This document shows, in pieces, positions 15,972 to 23,715 of a stretch of 25,336 bases of DNA. The notes under the pieces are model-generated. The model was given only the letters and a program-made list of their open reading frames with translations, was not told the DNA's origin and did no database searches. Source of the stretch: a virus (Duplodnaviria > Caudoviricetes); IMG/VR virus record IMGVR_UViG_3300048849_000019, positions 1 to 25,336 of that record. The stretch is one strand, 5' to 3'. Within the stretch, counting starts at the first letter, position 1. Each line of letters opens with the position of its first letter. The position numbers and the translations under genes are program-made.

Positions 15972-16827
15972 TCGACGCCTCGATCGTCACGGCCGTGCAG
16001 AGCGTGGCGCCCAGCGGGCCGGGGTCCAGCAGGATGTCGGTATTGGTGTCGGCAGCGGGCGCGACGAGCTCCACCCGCGTGACGCCCGGCTGGCGAAGCG
16101 CCGCGATCAGGCCCGACCTGGTCACCTTCACGCCCAGGCGATATGCCTGCTTGACGTGCGCCCACACGGCAGCGTCGGCCGCTGCCTTCACAACCGCCGT
16201 TTCCGGGCCGGCGCCGATCTCGATCGCGGCGATTACTTGGTACGTCGTGACCGTGGCGCCGACGACCGACACCCGATCGTTGAGCGGCCGCACGGTTTCA
16301 CCGCTCAGCGCCGCCAGGACCGTCGCGAGCAGCGAAGGACCGGCAGCACCATCAGCCGCGCGACTGAGGATCGTCACCAGCACGTCGCCCGGCGTCGGGC
16401 TGGACACCGCCGCGTCGAGCACGTCCGCATGTGCCTGGCGCGCGTGCTTCAGGTATGCGCCGACCGGGCCGGCGCTGCTGAAGGCATACGGCGCCTGCTG
16501 GATGCGGGCGCGCAGCGTGGCGTCCGACTCGCCGGCGAGCCGCTGCGTGTCGGTAAGGGTGCCCAGGTGATCGAGCATCGCGCCGGTGGCGGTGGCCAGC
16601 AGCACGGCCAGCACGGAATCATTCACGCGCTGGCGCAACGTCATTTCGAGATAGGCGTTTTCCTCGAGCAGGGCCACCAGCGGTTCTGATTCGAGCTCGA
16701 GCGTTGGGGCAGCGTCGGGGAAGCGTTCGATCAGCCGCGCTTTGCGAGCGGCCAGGATCGTTTCGTAGTCGATGGTTTCGACCGCGTCAGGCGGCGGCAG
16801 AAGCGACAGGTCGATGATCGTGCTCAT
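15964..16827 (-). CDS. J: baseplate assembly protein J
   Basis: IDLSLLPPPDAVETIDYETIL...LESEP...ESDATLRAR...SSAGPVGAY...VRPLNDRV. Confidence 0.96.
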   Translation of the reverse strand: MSTIIDLSLLPPPDAVETIDYETILAARKARLIERFPDAAPTLELESEPLVALLEENAYLEMTLRQRVNDSVLAVLLATATGAMLDHLGTLTDTQRLAGESDATLRARIQQAPYAFSSAGPVGAYLKHARQAHADVLDAAVSSPTPGDVLVTILSRAADGAAGPSLLATVLAALSGETVRPLNDRVSVVGATVTTYQVIAAIEIGAGPETAVVKAAADAAVWAHVKQAYRLGVKVTRSGLIAALRQPGVTRVELVAPAADTNTDILLDPGPLGATLCTAVTIEASNG

Positions 16828-17168
16828 GAGGGCCTTCCGACAGGGACAGACACGGCGACGGCGGACCCGTCGACCAGCGAGCCGGTGATTTCCAGCACGG
16901 CGCGGCCGTCGAAACCGATGTGGGTGACGTAGATTCGCGAGATCCGAATCCGGGGCTCCCAGCGCATCAGCGCGGTCGCGGCCGCCGCGTACAGGCGCAC
17001 GAACGTGCCGCCGGTCGACGGCGCGTCGATGAGCTCCGGGACGAGGCTGCCGTACTCGCGGCGCTCGATGCGCGTGCCGATCAGGGTGCCGAGGATGTCG
17101 GCGATCGACTGGCGCAGGTGGGCCGCGCCCTCGATTCGGCGGCCGGTGGTGGCATCCATGCCGATCAT
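16824..17168 (-). CDS. W: baseplate wedge protein W (gp25-like)
   Basis: GMDATTG...HLRQSIADIL.T.IGTRIERREYGS...RWEPRI. Confidence 0.96.
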   Translation of the reverse strand: MIGMDATTGRRIEGAAHLRQSIADILGTLIGTRIERREYGSLVPELIDAPSTGGTFVRLYAAAATALMRWEPRIRISRIYVTHIGFDGRAVLEITGSLVDGSAVAVSVPVGRPS

Positions 17169-17779
17169 GCCGGCGGCCCTCCGGTGCCGTTGCCGCCGGA
17201 ATTGGTGTGTACGTGGGTCTCCAGCACGACGCCGTTGCTGCTCAGCTCGCCGTCGACCTGGATCAGCGGCCCGGTGATCGTGTTGCCCACGGTGCCGCCG
17301 TGGCCGGCGAGGCCGGCCTTGTACGTCAGCAGGCCATGCACGACCAGGTTGCCCATGACATCCGAATCAGGGCATTCGATGGTGAGGTGCTCGGCGGCCT
17401 GGACGGTGACGGTGCGAATCCCCGTCAGGCGCAGGTCGCCCGTGGCGTGGTTGTAGGTCGTGCGCGCGCCGTCCGGGTAGTTGACGACGTGTTCGTCGGG
17501 GCTCGAGCTCGGCGAGGGGTGAGCATCCGAGTACAGGCCGACGATGGCGGTACCGGCGGACAAGTCGCCATTGGGCGACACCAGCATCACCTGCTCGCCT
17601 ACCGTTGGCGGCGACCAGGTCGTCGTCGTCCCGGCGCGTGCAGACGCCCAGCGCACGGCGCCGGTGGTGATCTCGCCGAGGTTGACGCGGACGGTCACGG
17701 CGCCGTGGTCAACTGCCGCGATCGTGCCGTAGCGAATGAGATTCGCGATCCGGCGTTCCAGTTCTGCAGGGGGGCTCAT
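17165..17779 (-). CDS. V: baseplate spike protein V
   Basis: NLIRYGTI...RAG..TTWSPPTVGEQV...YPDGA...C-terminal HxH (THVH) metal-binding tip motif. Confidence 0.95.
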   Translation of the reverse strand: MSPPAELERRIANLIRYGTIAAVDHGAVTVRVNLGEITTGAVRWASARAGTTTTWSPPTVGEQVMLVSPNGDLSAGTAIVGLYSDAHPSPSSSPDEHVVNYPDGARTTYNHATGDLRLTGIRTVTVQAAEHLTIECPDSDVMGNLVVHGLLTYKAGLAGHGGTVGNTITGPLIQVDGELSSNGVVLETHVHTNSGGNGTGGPPA

Positions 17780-17785
17780 GCAGTC

Positions 17786-17844
17786 ATGGTGCCGGCGGGG
17801 GGATGCCCGCGCAGCAAGCCGGATCGGTAAAGAGGCGCATTACC
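17786..17844 (-). promoter_or_regulatory. putative late promoter pV with activator site
   Basis: GGTA-N11-TACC dyad at 17826-17844, centred 56 bp before the V ATG. -10-like CACCAT at 17791-17786, 6 nt before the ATG. Confidence 0.65.
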
Positions 17845-17899
17845 CACCGCTCGAAAATGAGCGGAAAACGGCGTGGGCTCTGGCTCGGGAATGATACCG

Positions 17900-18361
17900 C
17901 TATCCGCCGCCGGCGATGTGCTTCAGCAACGTGTCGGCAATGAATTCGCGGTCTTGCTCGTTGAGGCCGATGAGCACGCGCGCAGGCGTGACGAGCAGCT
18001 GGCCACGGCGTGACGTGCGCCGCTGTCCAAACTGGTGGACGCGGGCGATGGTCGCGCCGCGCCCTTCAAAGCCGACCGCGATTTCGTCGGCGGTGGTCGT
18101 CGCCTTGAGGAAGCGCGAGGTCCGCAGCTTGGCGAACATGCCGCGCCGGCGGATCTGGCCAGCTCGTGCGCGAAGACCTTTCGGCATCGGCGCGCGCGGG
18201 GCGTATGCGGACCCATCGGGCGCCTTCTGGCTGGCGATGCGCTGGCTTTGGCGCTGCCGGATCTCGCCGCCCACGGCGCGCATCACGCGGCCGCGCTCCG
18301 CAGGTGCAAGCCTGGCCAGCAGGCCGGCGGCCCATTCCTCGAGGGCGTCGAAGTCGCTCAT
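17900..18361 (-). CDS. S: tail completion / virion morphogenesis protein S
   Basis: QSQRIASQKAPDGSAYAPR...MFAKLRT...IARVHQFG...PARVLIG. ATG 18361 overlaps the R stop (ATGA). Confidence 0.93.
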   Translation of the reverse strand: MSDFDALEEWAAGLLARLAPAERGRVMRAVGGEIRQRQSQRIASQKAPDGSAYAPRAPMPKGLRARAGQIRRRGMFAKLRTSRFLKATTTADEIAVGFEGRGATIARVHQFGQRRTSRRGQLLVTPARVLIGLNEQDREFIADTLLKHIAGGG

Positions 18362-18852
18362 ACGAAGGGCTCGATGTTCCACCGCGCGACCAGGTCGTCG
18401 CGCACGTACAGATCCCACTGTTCGGCCGTCAGGGTCACGCTGGGGTCAGGCGGCTCGCCGATGTGCGTGGCCTCGAGGGCGCCGGGCCGGTCTTCCATCT
18501 TGCGCACGATCACGCGTTCCGTCAGATCGAGCTCGATGGACAGGTCGACCGTCTGCTGGTCGATGAACTCCACTTCAAAGCGGATACCCTTGTCGCGCAA
18601 GTCGGCGTTGTTGACCAGGTCCGGCTGGTGGACCCGCACCCAGGCCAGCAGCGGCACCATCACCGCAGCAGATTCGCCGGCGTAGTCCGTCAGGATCACG
18701 GTCAGGGTGTACCGGTATTCATGGGACAGCGACGCGGCGCCGGTGGCCACCAGGCGGCCCTTGTCCGCGAACACCTGCAGGCGCTCCGGGTTGGCAAGTA
18801 GATCCGGATTCGCGGCGGTGAGATGCACTCTAAGGAGCTGGGGTTTCAGCAT
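18358..18852 (-). CDS. R: tail completion protein R
   Basis: MLKPQLLR...NPERLQVFADKG...SHEYRYTL...WVRVHQPDL...DLSIELDLTERV. Confidence 0.95.
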   Translation of the reverse strand: MLKPQLLRVHLTAANPDLLANPERLQVFADKGRLVATGAASLSHEYRYTLTVILTDYAGESAAVMVPLLAWVRVHQPDLVNNADLRDKGIRFEVEFIDQQTVDLSIELDLTERVIVRKMEDRPGALEATHIGEPPDPSVTLTAEQWDLYVRDDLVARWNIEPFV

Positions 18853-19375
18853 CGGCGCCGACCTCGATCCGGACCCATTCCTGCAGGGCGTTCAGCCTGG
18901 TCGCTACGTCGTCGGCCTCGGCGAAGAGGGCGATAAGATCCGCTCCATCCTCTGGATGAATGTCGGCGCGGCCGGCTCCATCATCCACGCGGGCGGCAGT
19001 TGCCGGCGCGGCGCGGCCGGCAGGGCTTGTGCCGGCTCGGGCGGGGCAGGTGGCGCGGACTGACAGCCGGACATCACCAGAAGCGACGCCACGCTGAAGA
19101 TCAGTGCTGCTTTTTTGAGCATCTTGCAGTTCCTTGAAGTGCCGCTTCTCCGATGCGGCCTGGTCGGCCTTGCGCCGGTTGTCGGCGTCGATGGCCAGCT
19201 TCAGCGCGTCGGCTGTGCGCCCGTTCGCCGTTGCGACGCGGTTGGCGGCCGCCTCGCGCTCTTCGGCGTGTTCCTGCTTGACGATGGCCAGCTCTGCATC
19301 GTGTCGCCAGCCCTGCACGATCGCGGTCACGATGCACGCCGCGAGCACGCCGGCGATGGTTCTCACGTCAGGCAT
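18830..19375 (-). CDS. Rz-like inner-membrane spanin
   Basis: N-terminal hydrophobic segment, VQGWR, coiled-coil region, RLSVRATC...LNALQEWV. Located after the lysis enzyme. Confidence 0.85.
   Translation of the reverse strand: MPDVRTIAGVLAACIVTAIVQGWRHDAELAIVKQEHAEEREAAANRVATANGRTADALKLAIDADNRRKADQAASEKRHFKELQDAQKSSTDLQRGVASGDVRLSVRATCPARAGTSPAGRAAPATAARVDDGAGRADIHPEDGADLIALFAEADDVATRLNALQEWVRIEVGADAETPAP
18904..19122 (-). CDS. Rz1-like outer-membrane lipoprotein spanin, embedded in Rz
   Basis: MLKK plus hydrophobic core plus lipobox VMSG-C, followed by a Pro-rich mature part with LPPAWMMEP. Lies in the +1 frame inside Rz. Confidence 0.85.
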   Translation of the reverse strand: MLKKAALIFSVASLLVMSGCQSAPPAPPEPAQALPAAPRRQLPPAWMMEPAAPTFIQRMERILSPSSPRPTT

Positions 19376-19787
19376 CGCGAACCTCGAGCTCGAAGGGTTG
19401 GCCGCCCATCACCGCCTGGAAGTCGGCGACGGCCTGCTTGCTCTGCATCACGACCTGCTGATGATTCAGCATGCCTCGAGACAGGCCGAGCAGGATGCAG
19501 CCCTCGATGTCGCTGCGAAGGCCCTTCTTCGTGTCACCGCCATAGTTGCCGGCGTGGATCAGGATGCCCGACCTGGTCGGCACATTCGCCACGCCGTACA
19601 CCTTGCCGAACTTGGCCGACTGGACGACGGCGCAGCGGTAGACGCCGGCCGGGATGGACGACTGTTGCTTACGGTTGTCGCGCCAGGGAAGCTCGAGCGT
19701 GTTGCAGCCCCAGCCGATTTCGGTGGTCAGTCGGCCGAAAGTGCCGTGGTCCGCGCTGGCCTCGCGTTGGATGATGACGCGCATCAT
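19368..19787 (-). CDS. DUF5675-like protein, putative endolysin (L,D-transpeptidase-like His/Cys motif)
   Basis: TFGRL...TLELPW...IPAGVY...VPTRSGILIHAGN...EGCILLG. Lies between the putative holin and the spanins. Confidence 0.75.
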   Translation of the reverse strand: MMRVIIQREASADHGTFGRLTTEIGWGCNTLELPWRDNRKQQSSIPAGVYRCAVVQSAKFGKVYGVANVPTRSGILIHAGNYGGDTKKGLRSDIEGCILLGLSRGMLNHQQVVMQSKQAVADFQAVMGGQPFELEVRDA

Positions 19788-20215
19788 TTTTCACCTCGGA
19801 ACACGCGAAGCCATTCGGCCGTCCAGCTGACCGCGTCTTCACTCTCGAGGCGCGCGGTCCACCGCATGTAGCCACCCAGGATCCACCAGGCAGGCAAGCC
19901 AGCGATCAGCATGCTTGGGCCGAGGATGTAGAGCATGGCCAGGGCGGGATACTCGATGCCCGAGTGCGCCGCGAACCAGCGCGCCGACTCGGTGACGCCT
20001 GGCAGCCAGGTTGCGACCAGGATCGCCAGCAGCGGGCCGAACACGCACGAGCAGACGACGGTGGTGGTCACGCGAAGCGCGAACTCGCGGGCAGTCCGGG
20101 GCGGCAGCAGCAGCAGCCCCAGAATCGCGGCGAGGGCAGCGAAGACGCCGAAGGCGGCCGCCAACTTCACGGCGGCGAACCCGGCGGCGCCGGCGGTCGT
20201 ACTGGTGGGTTCCAT
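19784..20215 (-). CDS. putative holin (about three hydrophobic segments)
   Basis: Membrane protein with a charged C-terminus, between X and the lysis enzyme. Alternative ATG at 20242. Confidence 0.7.
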   Translation of the reverse strand: MEPTSTTAGAAGFAAVKLAAAFGVFAALAAILGLLLLPPRTAREFALRVTTTVVCSCVFGPLLAILVATWLPGVTESARWFAAHSGIEYPALAMLYILGPSMLIAGLPAWWILGGYMRWTARLESEDAVSWTAEWLRVFRGEK

Positions 20216-20248
20216 AAATGCGGCCTTCTGAGCGGTTTGCATGGGGTT

Positions 20249-20452
20249 TCAGTCCCAGAGGTTGAGCGTGGGCACGATCGCCGCGCCTTGGGGGTCGGGA
20301 AGGGCCACGGCCGTGCCTTGCGGCAGGATCGGCCCGAGGTCCGCTATGCCGGGATTCATCAGAAGCACCTGCTCGACGACAGCCCGCGTCGCCCGCAGGT
20401 GCCGCCAGCACAGCGCATCGATCGTGTCGCCCTGGCGTGCGACGACTTGCAT
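20249..20452 (-). CDS. X: tail protein X
   Basis: ARQGDTIDALCWRH...NPGIADLGPILPQGTAVALP...NLWD. Confidence 0.96.
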   Translation of the reverse strand: MQVVARQGDTIDALCWRHLRATRAVVEQVLLMNPGIADLGPILPQGTAVALPDPQGAAIVPTLNLWD

Positions 20453-20931
20453 CAGATGAGCTCGACGGTCAGGTGCGGCGCGCCCAGGATGTCGAGCACG
20501 GCGCAGCGGGCGACGCGGCGGGCGTCGTCCACCGACGTTTCCAGCGCGTCGGCCTTGCGGTCGCCGGCGGCCGTCGTATCGAAGTCCCGGTACTGCTCCA
20601 TCAGATCCGCGCGCGCCAGGTGGTAGACGGCGCGCAGGTAGTGATGCACCAGGCGGCTTTCGCCGGCGACGGAATCGGCGGGCAGCGCGTCGAGCGATTC
20701 GGCGCGGGCCTGGTGTCGGACCTTCCAGGCGGCGAGCTCCTGGTTCACCTGAACCATCGCGTCGGTCAGCGACTCGGTGAGGCGCGCCGGCGTCACGTTG
20801 GGCGACAGCCGCACGATCTCGCGCGCCAGGGCCGGGTCCACGTCGGGGAACCAGCCGTCGTTCTGGATCTTGGGTGCCGGCGTGCCAGCGGCCGGCGGGC
20901 TTTGTGTCGGGGGCAGTGCAGCGAAGGACAT
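20452..20931 (-). CDS. L: head completion/stabilisation protein L
   Basis: NDGWFPDVD...HYLRAVY...YRDFDTT..G...TVELI. Confidence 0.95.
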   Translation of the reverse strand: MSFAALPPTQSPPAAGTPAPKIQNDGWFPDVDPALAREIVRLSPNVTPARLTESLTDAMVQVNQELAAWKVRHQARAESLDALPADSVAGESRLVHHYLRAVYHLARADLMEQYRDFDTTAAGDRKADALETSVDDARRVARCAVLDILGAPHLTVELI

Positions 20932-20944
20932 GCGGATTCCTAGA

Positions 20945-21002
20945 GGCGGTGGGCGGGGTTCGGGATGCTGGGAATCAACCCCATCCGTCCCCCCGCGCCG
21001 CC
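20945..21002 (-). other. structured RNA/DNA element in the M-L intergenic region
   Basis: Minus strand forms nested stems GGCGG/CCGCC, GCGGGG/CCCCGC, GGATG/CATCC and GGG/CCC. Confidence 0.55.
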
Positions 21003-21029
21003 ATGCGCCAGTGGTGCAGGGTTGGCGGC

Positions 21030-21689
21030 TTACGCCGCCGAATTCTTGATGTCGGCTTCTAGCGCGGCGATGTCGCGCTTGACGCCGGCGTTCGGGTTGA
21101 GCTCGAGGGCGCGGGACAGCGCAGCCAGCGCGTCGGCCTTGTCGCCGGTCTGGCGCAGCGCCAGGCCGAGCGCCTTCAGCAGCTTCGCGCGGGCCTGGTC
21201 CGGCATGTCGTGATCGGCCGTCAGCGCGTTGGTGCGAGACAGCACCTCGGCGTCGAAGGGCTGGTCGGCACGCAGGGCGGCCAGGGCCTTGTCGGCGATC
21301 TCGTCGGCCAGGACCGTCGCGATCGGGCGTTCGTACTGGTCGGGCAGCACCAGGCTGTGACGCAGCGCGTAGGCCGCGATGTCGAGGGCGCGCCCGAAGG
21401 CGCCGGCGTCGATCGCCCAGACGAGCACCGTTGCCAGGACATCGTCCTGGCCGCCACGATCAGCGCCCAGCACGCCGTCCACCCAGGGGAAGTACTCCGG
21501 CAGGATCTCCGCCTTGACGACGGCCTTGCGCTCGATGGACTGCACCGCTTTCAGGCGGACGCGGTCGGAGTGCAGCTTGGCCAGCATCAGGTCGTAGGGG
21601 TTGCCGGCGGGCGCGATGGCCGAGGCCAGCGCGCCGGTCGACAGCGCCCCGCTGACGCGCTGGAAGTGGCGACGGGCGGGGCTGCTCAT
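21030..21689 (-). CDS. M: terminase endonuclease (small) subunit M
   Basis: MSSPARRH...LKAVQSIERKA..K..ILPEY.PWVDGVL...QDDVL...DMPDQARAKL...GVKRDI. TAATG coupling with N. Confidence 0.95.
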   Translation of the reverse strand: MSSPARRHFQRVSGALSTGALASAIAPAGNPYDLMLAKLHSDRVRLKAVQSIERKAVVKAEILPEYFPWVDGVLGADRGGQDDVLATVLVWAIDAGAFGRALDIAAYALRHSLVLPDQYERPIATVLADEIADKALAALRADQPFDAEVLSRTNALTADHDMPDQARAKLLKALGLALRQTGDKADALAALSRALELNPNAGVKRDIAALEADIKNSAA

Positions 21690-22711
21690 TACGCGCCCTC
21701 GGCCGGTGCCAGGATCTCGATGTTCTCGATCAGGCAACCCAGGTCGTAGTCCTCGACGACGTAATCGTCGTTGGACGACTCGAAGTTCTCGATTCGATCG
21801 CGCTTGGCGTTGTCCACCAGCTGGCGACGGCGGCCGCCGAGCTGGTAGTACACCGACAGGTTGTCGAAAGTCGTGATGAACACGCTGCCCGCCGGGAAGA
21901 ACGGCGCAGCGACGGCGGGCAGGTTGCCCAGGCGGCGCTGCGACACGATCAACTGCGCGGCCAGCTGCTCGGTCGGCTTGTCGGTGGTGTTGACGATCGG
22001 GAAGTACTTGTCGTGCAGCAGGTCGCGCGACACGACGGCCACGAGCGCCGGGTTCGACTGATGCCAGGGCGCGATCAGGTTCGCCACGGCATCCATCACC
22101 AGCGCGTCGAGGTTGCGGTAGTCGCCGCCGGCGCCGACGCGGATCTTGTTGACCGTGCTGCCTTCCTTCAGCACGCGAGCCGGCGCATGGGTGCGGTACT
22201 TCTGCAACCAGCCGATGCCGACGTCCTGCAGCATCGGATTGGCCGCGCGGTCGGACGTGGCAGCGCGCGTGCGACCGTTGAATCCGATGGTGATGCGGTC
22301 GAGGGCCTGGCGGATCACCAGCGCATTGCGCATGCGGGTCTGGAAATCCTTGAACTTGGCCCAGGCGTCGAGCTTCGCATAGGTCACATGGCTGTCGAAG
22401 TTGGTCTGGCGGCAGTGATATCCGTTCTCGTCGACGCCGGTCGGGTCCGTGGTCTCGCGGTCTTTCAGCGCGGTGTCGGTCGTGCTGGCGATCGAGCTGC
22501 CCACGCCAAGGCCCAGCTTCGAGCCCTGCGCCTCGTCGACGCCGATGATGTTGATCTTCTTCAGGAAGTCGCTGGACTCCTGCACGGCGGTTTCCAGCTT
22601 CTGCTGGATGGACGGATCGACAGCGAACTTGACGGTCGCGTCGGCGACGCCGTTGAGCTTGGCGACCTGGCCGATATAGCCGGTGTACACCTGACGGGTG
22701 CTGTTTTGCAT
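21689..22711 (-). CDS. N: major capsid protein N
   Basis: FAVDPSIQQKLE..VQESSDFL...LDAWAKF...ALDRITIGFNG...NPMLQDV.IGWLQ...NLSVY...YVVEDY. Confidence 0.97.
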   Translation of the reverse strand: MQNSTRQVYTGYIGQVAKLNGVADATVKFAVDPSIQQKLETAVQESSDFLKKINIIGVDEAQGSKLGLGVGSSIASTTDTALKDRETTDPTGVDENGYHCRQTNFDSHVTYAKLDAWAKFKDFQTRMRNALVIRQALDRITIGFNGRTRAATSDRAANPMLQDVGIGWLQKYRTHAPARVLKEGSTVNKIRVGAGGDYRNLDALVMDAVANLIAPWHQSNPALVAVVSRDLLHDKYFPIVNTTDKPTEQLAAQLIVSQRRLGNLPAVAAPFFPAGSVFITTFDNLSVYYQLGGRRRQLVDNAKRDRIENFESSNDDYVVEDYDLGCLIENIEILAPAEGA

Positions 22712-22754
22712 GCGAACTCCGAGGAAAAAGGGGAACGGGCGCGAGGGCGCGCGA

Positions 22755-23576
22755 TCAGAAGTCGGTGAGGGCCAGGCCGGCGCCGCCGGTGACCAGGGGC
22801 GGGCGGGCGCCCGGCTGCTCGGTGTGGTCGATCTTCTGGGCGAAGCCGTCGACCTTTTCGGTCAGGGCGGTCACGGCAGCGGCCAGCTTCGTGACCTGGT
22901 CGCCGGTGGGGGCGGTGGCGAAGCGCTCTTCGTGCTGCGCCAGCTGGTCGGCGACGATCTGCAGGCCGGCGGCGATGTCGGCCGTATCGGCGTCAGCTGC
23001 GGCGGCCGGCTTCTTCTTGAACATGCCGCGCAGGCGCTCGGTGATCGACTCGCCGGCCGGCTCGAACTCGATGGTCGATTCGATGGCGGCGGTGAACAGG
23101 TTGCCTGCGTCGTGCTTGCGGCCAGCGTAGGGCGAGGCGGTCGGATTCTGCGCCGAGAACGCGAGGATCTCGGTACCCAGCGATGCCGGGCTGTCGGTGA
23201 TGCCCAGGCCGACCAGGTAGGCCGCGCCGGTGTCGGCGAATTTCTCGTTGATCTCGATCGACGTGTAGATCTTTTGCTTGGCCTTGGTCAGCGCGACCAG
23301 GTCGGGCGTCGGCTCGATGGATGCGAACAGTGCCAGCTTGCCGTCCTCGACCTCTTGGGTCTCGAGGGCGAGCACGTCGCCGTAAGCGCGGAACGGGCTG
23401 TCGGGCACGATGCCGCGAATGTGTTCCAGCCAGATCCGGGCGCCGTACTTTTTGGGGTCGTAGGCCGTCGCCATCTGCGTCAGCCACTCGCGCGCGATCA
23501 CGCGGCCGTCGGTGGTCGCGCCCTCGGTGGCCACGCGGAACATTTTCGATTTGTATTTCTGGTTGGTGGTCGACAT
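22755..23576 (-). CDS. O: capsid scaffolding protein/protease O, 273 aa
   Basis: SKMFRVATEGATTDGR...YGARIWLEH...QKIYTSIE...YLVGLGITDSPASLGTE. ATG 23576 chosen because the longer ORF overlaps the divergent promoter and gene P. Confidence 0.95.
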   Translation of the reverse strand: MSTTNQKYKSKMFRVATEGATTDGRVIAREWLTQMATAYDPKKYGARIWLEHIRGIVPDSPFRAYGDVLALETQEVEDGKLALFASIEPTPDLVALTKAKQKIYTSIEINEKFADTGAAYLVGLGITDSPASLGTEILAFSAQNPTASPYAGRKHDAGNLFTAAIESTIEFEPAGESITERLRGMFKKKPAAAADADTADIAAGLQIVADQLAQHEERFATAPTGDQVTKLAAAVTALTEKVDGFAQKIDHTEQPGARPPLVTGGAGLALTDF

Positions 23577-23610
23577 CGCGATCCCGGATAGTGTTGAACA
23601 CGTCCGGCAG

Positions 23611-23709
23611 ATAGTCGCGATTCGACGAAAGCACCGCCACGCGGTGCAGTGGTAGTACCGCCCATTACCCAAGCGCCAAGCGGGTTTGCGCGTGGTGCGC
23701 CGATAGTCT
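23611..23709. promoter_or_regulatory. divergent late promoters pO/pP sharing one central dyad
   Basis: GGTAGTACCGCCCATTACC at 23651-23669. -10-like TAGTCT (+, 23704-23709) and GACTAT (-, 23616-23611) both begin 44 bp from the dyad centre. Confidence 0.65.
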
Positions 23710-23715
23710 GCGGGC

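Noticed and set aside
17847-17864. Hairpin CCGCTC-GAAAAT-GAGCGG after gene S as an intrinsic terminator
   Set aside because: On the coding (minus) strand the T-run comes before the stem rather than after it.
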